DNA of 64,000 nucleotides from Tubulanus polymorphus. Taxonomy: Eukaryota; Animalia; Nemertea. The notes below the pieces were generated by a model that worked only from the letters and a program-made list of their open reading frames with translations, did not search any database and had not been told where the DNA came from. A program made the translations under genes and the position numbers. Positions within the stretch are counted from its first letter, which is position 1. Every line of letters begins with the position of its first letter. The DNA is taken from positions 21,970,210 to 22,034,209 of the forward strand of contig NC_134030.1 of NCBI RefSeq assembly GCF_964204645.1, read 5' to 3'. This document shows positions 61,901 to 64,000 of this stretch, piece by piece.

Positions 61901-63970
61901 TACAGTCACGTGTTTGCGTCCGAGACCTGAAGATGTGATTGAATTGTTGCTTTGGACAAGTGAAACCTGGTATGAAAAAGGTAAGATTCTCTCACATGAT
62001 TTACTGCACATATTCTCAGATATCGGTTTGATAATTTTAGGTGTTGTTTTCTCTTTGTAGATCATGAGTATTGGGTGAAAACACGTGACCAACCGCAGTC
62101 GGGTATTTATAGAATTATTAACCCTTTATTTCTTTCATGAATACAGTTCATAGTTTTAGAGCTCATCCACTAATCATCTGAATGATATACAACTGATTTT
62201 GCTTCATTATCAAAACCGTAATTATCAATTTAAGTTTATGGTTAACAACGTAATTTTTGACTATTTTATTGTATGTTTTTGGTAGAATGCAATTAACCGA
62301 CAATTATTTCTATCTTTGAAGCACATTTGTAATAATGGCCTCCTATATTAACTCACTGGATACAATGGACACTCGTTTACGCAATGAAATAAACCAAATA
62401 ATTTGGACCAAGAAACTTTTAGATTTTTCGGAAACTATTCCATATTCACGTACTAAATCCTGGACTTCACTTGTAGCACGTGAGGATCCACCAGGTGCAA
62501 GGAGGCAATTCCTTGCTATTTTTAGAGTCTGACCTTTTCGTGAGAAAGAAGAAAAAGCATGTGAAAATCCCTGATAATGTGTCGGCCTAAGCGTTGTTGT
62601 CGTCGTTAACCGGCGCTTTTTTCGGCAGTCCTCCAGTTCATGGTGTTTCATCGATCGTTCATTGATGTGTTTGGTTGAATGACTGGACTGGTTCCGGGTC
62701 AGACGTATAGTCTGATCGTGCCTAGAACGCGTCACCACGCATCTAATTTTAAAACGTTTCCCGCGGGAGGATACCCACTAATTTAACCCTCCCTCAAATC
62801 CTGGATCCGCCACGTAAGATGCGGCAATTGAGGATTCCCATTGAAAATCAACTATACACGAGAAACATTTTTGGATGTCGTTTTTTCATGTATATTTGTA
62901 GCTAATATTTGTGTTGTTTTGTTTAACAGTTAAAACTGGAGACTTTGAGGTCATTGAAACATTCAGTCCAGGTATATTTGATATTTATTGTAATTTCATT
63001 TCAATAAAACAATATAAACTCAGATAATTCAGTTATAAATCAACTACTTGTTCGTAACGTCGATGAATTCATTTAAACAATTAATTCATTGTCAATTTTT
63101 CTTTCTAGAAATTGTTAGAATAATTGTCGATGTTTACGGAACTGAGAATGATTGGATGATAACGAGAGATAAGGATAAACAAGGTAAGAGGAGTGATGAC
63201 TCAGTTGCCAGGGTAAGAGCCAAACCGGCTGATTGGTTTATTGCAACCCGGGGCCGGGTTAATAGACTGGTATTAACTTTAAACCCGGGGTTAGTTTAAT
63301 TAATTTTCAATTAAGTTAGCCCCCGGGTTAAAGATAATACCAGTCTATAAAACCGGGTCCTGCATACAATACTGTACCGGAATATAACACTTCCCCGGGC
63401 CTCCTATCTTCACCCAACAGTAATTCAAACTGTTTGATGCACAGGTTTTTTTTATTATTGAAAACAATGCTTTCTATATTTCATTTCAGCAATAGCTATC
63501 AGAGAATTCCTGTTCCAACAGTTATCACATGATGAAAGTAAGTAATTGTTACCTATAGTTAAAGCTATGTACATCACATGTGCTTTATGTGAATATGCAC
63601 ATATGAATTCAGTTGACATGCACATGTGAGTTATATGCACATGTTCATGTTATTATTTGTTTTACATTCATGAGTAATGCATGCATGTACATGTGAATGA
63701 TACTTACATGTGAACATGTGCATGTGAGTTTTAACTGCGCATATGGTTTGTTTACATGCACATGTGTTTAAGTTTAAGTAGAGTTTGATCAATGTCTATG
63801 TATTTTCAGGTGTGTTAGATTTGGTGAAAGAAATCCTAAGTAAGTTTACGAAATGACTCAGTATTTCCTCTTCAACTCGAATCATGGATTCAAATGTGTT
63901 TATAATTATCTGTTGACAGGAAAATACTTTAGAATAAAGAATTTAAAAACGAAACTATCAAATGAGATCG
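55958..63970 (+). CDS. Gene B2: 5' part of the next gene B paralogue (runs off the window)
   Basis: Leader 55958-56045 (MNNWIRLLILLLEISFNSEAASIRNKRNT). Ig-like exons 56273-56557, 57069-57401, 58180-58515, 58930-59199. TM 59888-59986. Cys-rich exons 60076-60120, 60535-60627, 60709-60786, 60866-60901. Tail exons 61906-61980, 62061-62102, 62930-62971, 63109-63183, 63490-63537, 63810-63839, 63920-63970. All phase 1, and all internal exons are multiples of 3. Confidence 0.78.
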
Positions 63971-64000
63971 GTAAGATTTGATTGAATTCAGTTATTGATT

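Larger units (their letters stand above)
1220..64000 (+). repeat. Tandem segmental duplication, period ~42-44 kb (approx. 1220-20160 vs approx. 43390-64000)
   Basis: Long near-identical blocks, e.g. 3590-11190 vs 45965-54030 and 13850-20150 vs 56985-63985, interrupted by indels and non-alignable patches. Paired ORFs also appear in the track (9745/52629, 15040/58155). Confidence 0.97.

Noticed and set aside
43390-64000. Pure assembly artefact (exact false duplication)
   Set aside because: The copies differ by many substitutions, TE insertions, leader exons and exon content. Uncollapsed divergent alleles cannot be fully excluded without reads.

Overview
AT-rich, intron-dense animal (invertebrate-like) genomic DNA, not prokaryotic; the species cannot be identified from sequence alone. 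Most ORFs in the supplied track are exon fragments, antisense shadows or noise. The window holds about 1.5 copies of a ~42-44 kb tandem unit (approx. 1220-20160 recurs at approx. 43390-64000). Each unit carries two related, head-to-tail, + strand type-I membrane receptor genes with Ig-like domains. Gene A (6815-10245; 49772-53129) encodes a leader, one Ig domain, a stalk, a TM helix and a tail of 13-aa phosphotyrosine repeats (YxxM/YxN). Gene B (complete copy 12299-46550; 3' end of a previous copy at 1290-4173; 5' part of the next copy at 55958-64000) encodes a leader ending RxKR, four Ig-like domains, a TM helix and a ~1050-aa putative cytoplasmic region. I assembled that region by hand from 58 small GT-AG exons (18-156 nt), all phase 1-1 and multiples of 3, and it ends in a class I PDZ-binding motif (GTQV*). 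The paralogues show a hypervariable distal Ig domain, replacement-biased micro-exon changes, different leader exons and gain/loss of Cys-rich exons, which suggests a fast-evolving immune or self/non-self receptor cluster (inference). Introns contain MITEs, IS3EU-like and Helentron-derived elements, a LINE relic, a tRNA-SINE, a 2.8-kb 14-bp satellite and a tandem array of minimal hammerhead ribozyme motifs. All gene models are manual predictions without transcript support.
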